From NCBI GenBank assembly GCA_946965045.2, contig OX337228.1, positions 1 through 64,000 of the forward strand: a stretch of DNA of 64,000 nucleotides. The letters run 5' to 3'. The position numbers and the translations under genes are program-made. Positions 62,819 through 64,000 of this stretch are shown piece after piece. Numbering within the stretch: position 1 is the stretch's first letter; each line of letters opens with the position of its first letter. The DNA comes from Epithemia pelagica. Its lineage: Eukaryota > Protista > Bacillariophyta. Below the pieces are notes generated by a model. The model worked only from the letters and a program-made list of their open reading frames with translations. It ran no database searches and was not told the DNA's origin.

Positions 62819-63140
62819 GGAATGAAGAAAACGTGAATGCTGGGAGTTTGGATTCAAGAAGTGTGGACAAGTTGTGGGCTCAGACGTTGGCCGGGGGGGG
62901 GGGGGGGGGGGGGGGCTAACTCTGTCTGTAAAAGCCATGAGAGACTCGAACGGTGTGTGATCAAGAAGGGCAAGCTTCCAGGCAAGCTTCCAGGACACTT
63001 GCCCTTCTTGATCACATACCGTTCGAGTCTCCCATGGCTTTTACAGAAAGAGTTAGGCCCCCCGGTCAACGTCTGAGCCCACAACTCGTCCACACTTCTT
63101 GAATCCAAACCCCCAGCATTCATGTTTTCTTCGTTCCGAG
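62816..63140. repeat. Fold-back palindrome, about 325 bp, with a G23 run in one arm
   Basis: Inner 49-bp stem (62926-62974 / 62998-63046) with 2 mismatches; outer arms continue to pair. Confidence 0.92.
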
Positions 63141-64000
63141 GCTCGTACGACGAAGTGTCATCGTCGTCGTCATCGTCATCCTCGGCTCGCGATTCCTCTT
63201 CGTCTAAACTAGGAGGGGCATCTCTTGGAGGGGTTCGTTCTTGTTCGGCCAAATTTATCCCGCGATCGGCAGTTTCGTCATCACGGGGCGTCCAAACCGG
63301 TACGAGATCTCCAAAAGAAACCAGAAGGAAATGCCACTACAACGTACTCCTCCTGGGCCGAACCATCACAACGAAACACCAAGAACGACGAGAAGGATCA
63401 AGAGCTCAGCATCATGTCGCCTGTTTTTGGTACTTGGCCTCTCAACACCACACGGGCCTTTTCTCTCATCCTTCCACCAATTCAAGTAGCTCGAGTGGTG
63501 CCGATTGGTCCTTGTCCTTGGTGTCGGTCACCTTGTGTTCGCATGCACCACACTCGAATGACATGGCAGCCTTGCATCGCCGTTTGCCCTTGACCATTGT
63601 CAAACTACACGCCTTGTTGGCACGACACTATGCGTTGGAAGTCGATCGACAAGAATTGCGCTTGGCCATGCCAACGACGACGTGTCGTAGTAGTACCAGG
63701 AGTGCATCACAACTACGTGAGGATGAGAGAGAGAGACGAAGAGTGTGTTTGCCAACCACAACCAACCACAACCAACCACACATCAATCCACAGACTGTAC
63801 TAATAGAGAGAGTGGGTTCGTCCAGAGAGAGATGGACGACACTTGAATGGACCACAACTACAACAAGAAACACCACAGAGGTCTTCTGTGCCTACGGTGA
63901 CTTGACCAACCAACAATCTCATTGTTTGATATGGAATGGCTCAAATGAACAACATTCGAGATAAAACAGGTTTAGGATGAGGATTACAAGAACCAGTTCC

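Noticed and set aside
62854-63964. ORFs 62854-63252 (-) and 63122-63964 (+)
   Set aside because: Low complexity, no ATG or recognisable domain, and partly generated by the palindrome; the window also ends here.

Overview
This is the left end of a eukaryotic chromosome, almost certainly from a diatom: it has spliceosomal introns, bipartite plastid presequences, nuclear psbU and Fd-GOGAT genes, and a CoDi-like copia. Bases 1-510 are a (CCCTAA)n telomere. Bases 511-24340 are a chain of truncated cassettes joined end to end, almost all at the octamer CCTTAGGG (27 junctions counted by eye, 4 of them ACTTAGGG). Every junction has the same polarity, opposite to the real telomere. The cassettes carry pieces of what looks like one telomere-linked-helicase-type gene family: an N-terminal C2H2 Zn-finger domain (3 paralogue types), a tyrosine-recombinase-like segment, and a RecQ-like helicase with Zn knuckles. 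Both the 5' flank and the 3' flank of this gene family end in outward-reading CCTTAGGG. This suggests an element with telomere-like termini that joins those termini to internal (T)AGGG sites; one junction cuts a copia RT gene. Part of the chain has been amplified as a 5396-bp tandem array of about 3.4 copies and capped by a telomere in mid-cassette. Beyond 24340 there are two long fold-back palindromes and a ~1.8-kb dispersed inverted repeat bracketing a 33-kb block of ordinary genes: EF-hand NCKX exchanger, ankyrin protein, Fd-GOGAT, ARM protein, PsbU-like, Kir-like channel, HSF and FKBP. All assignments are by eye; no searches were run.
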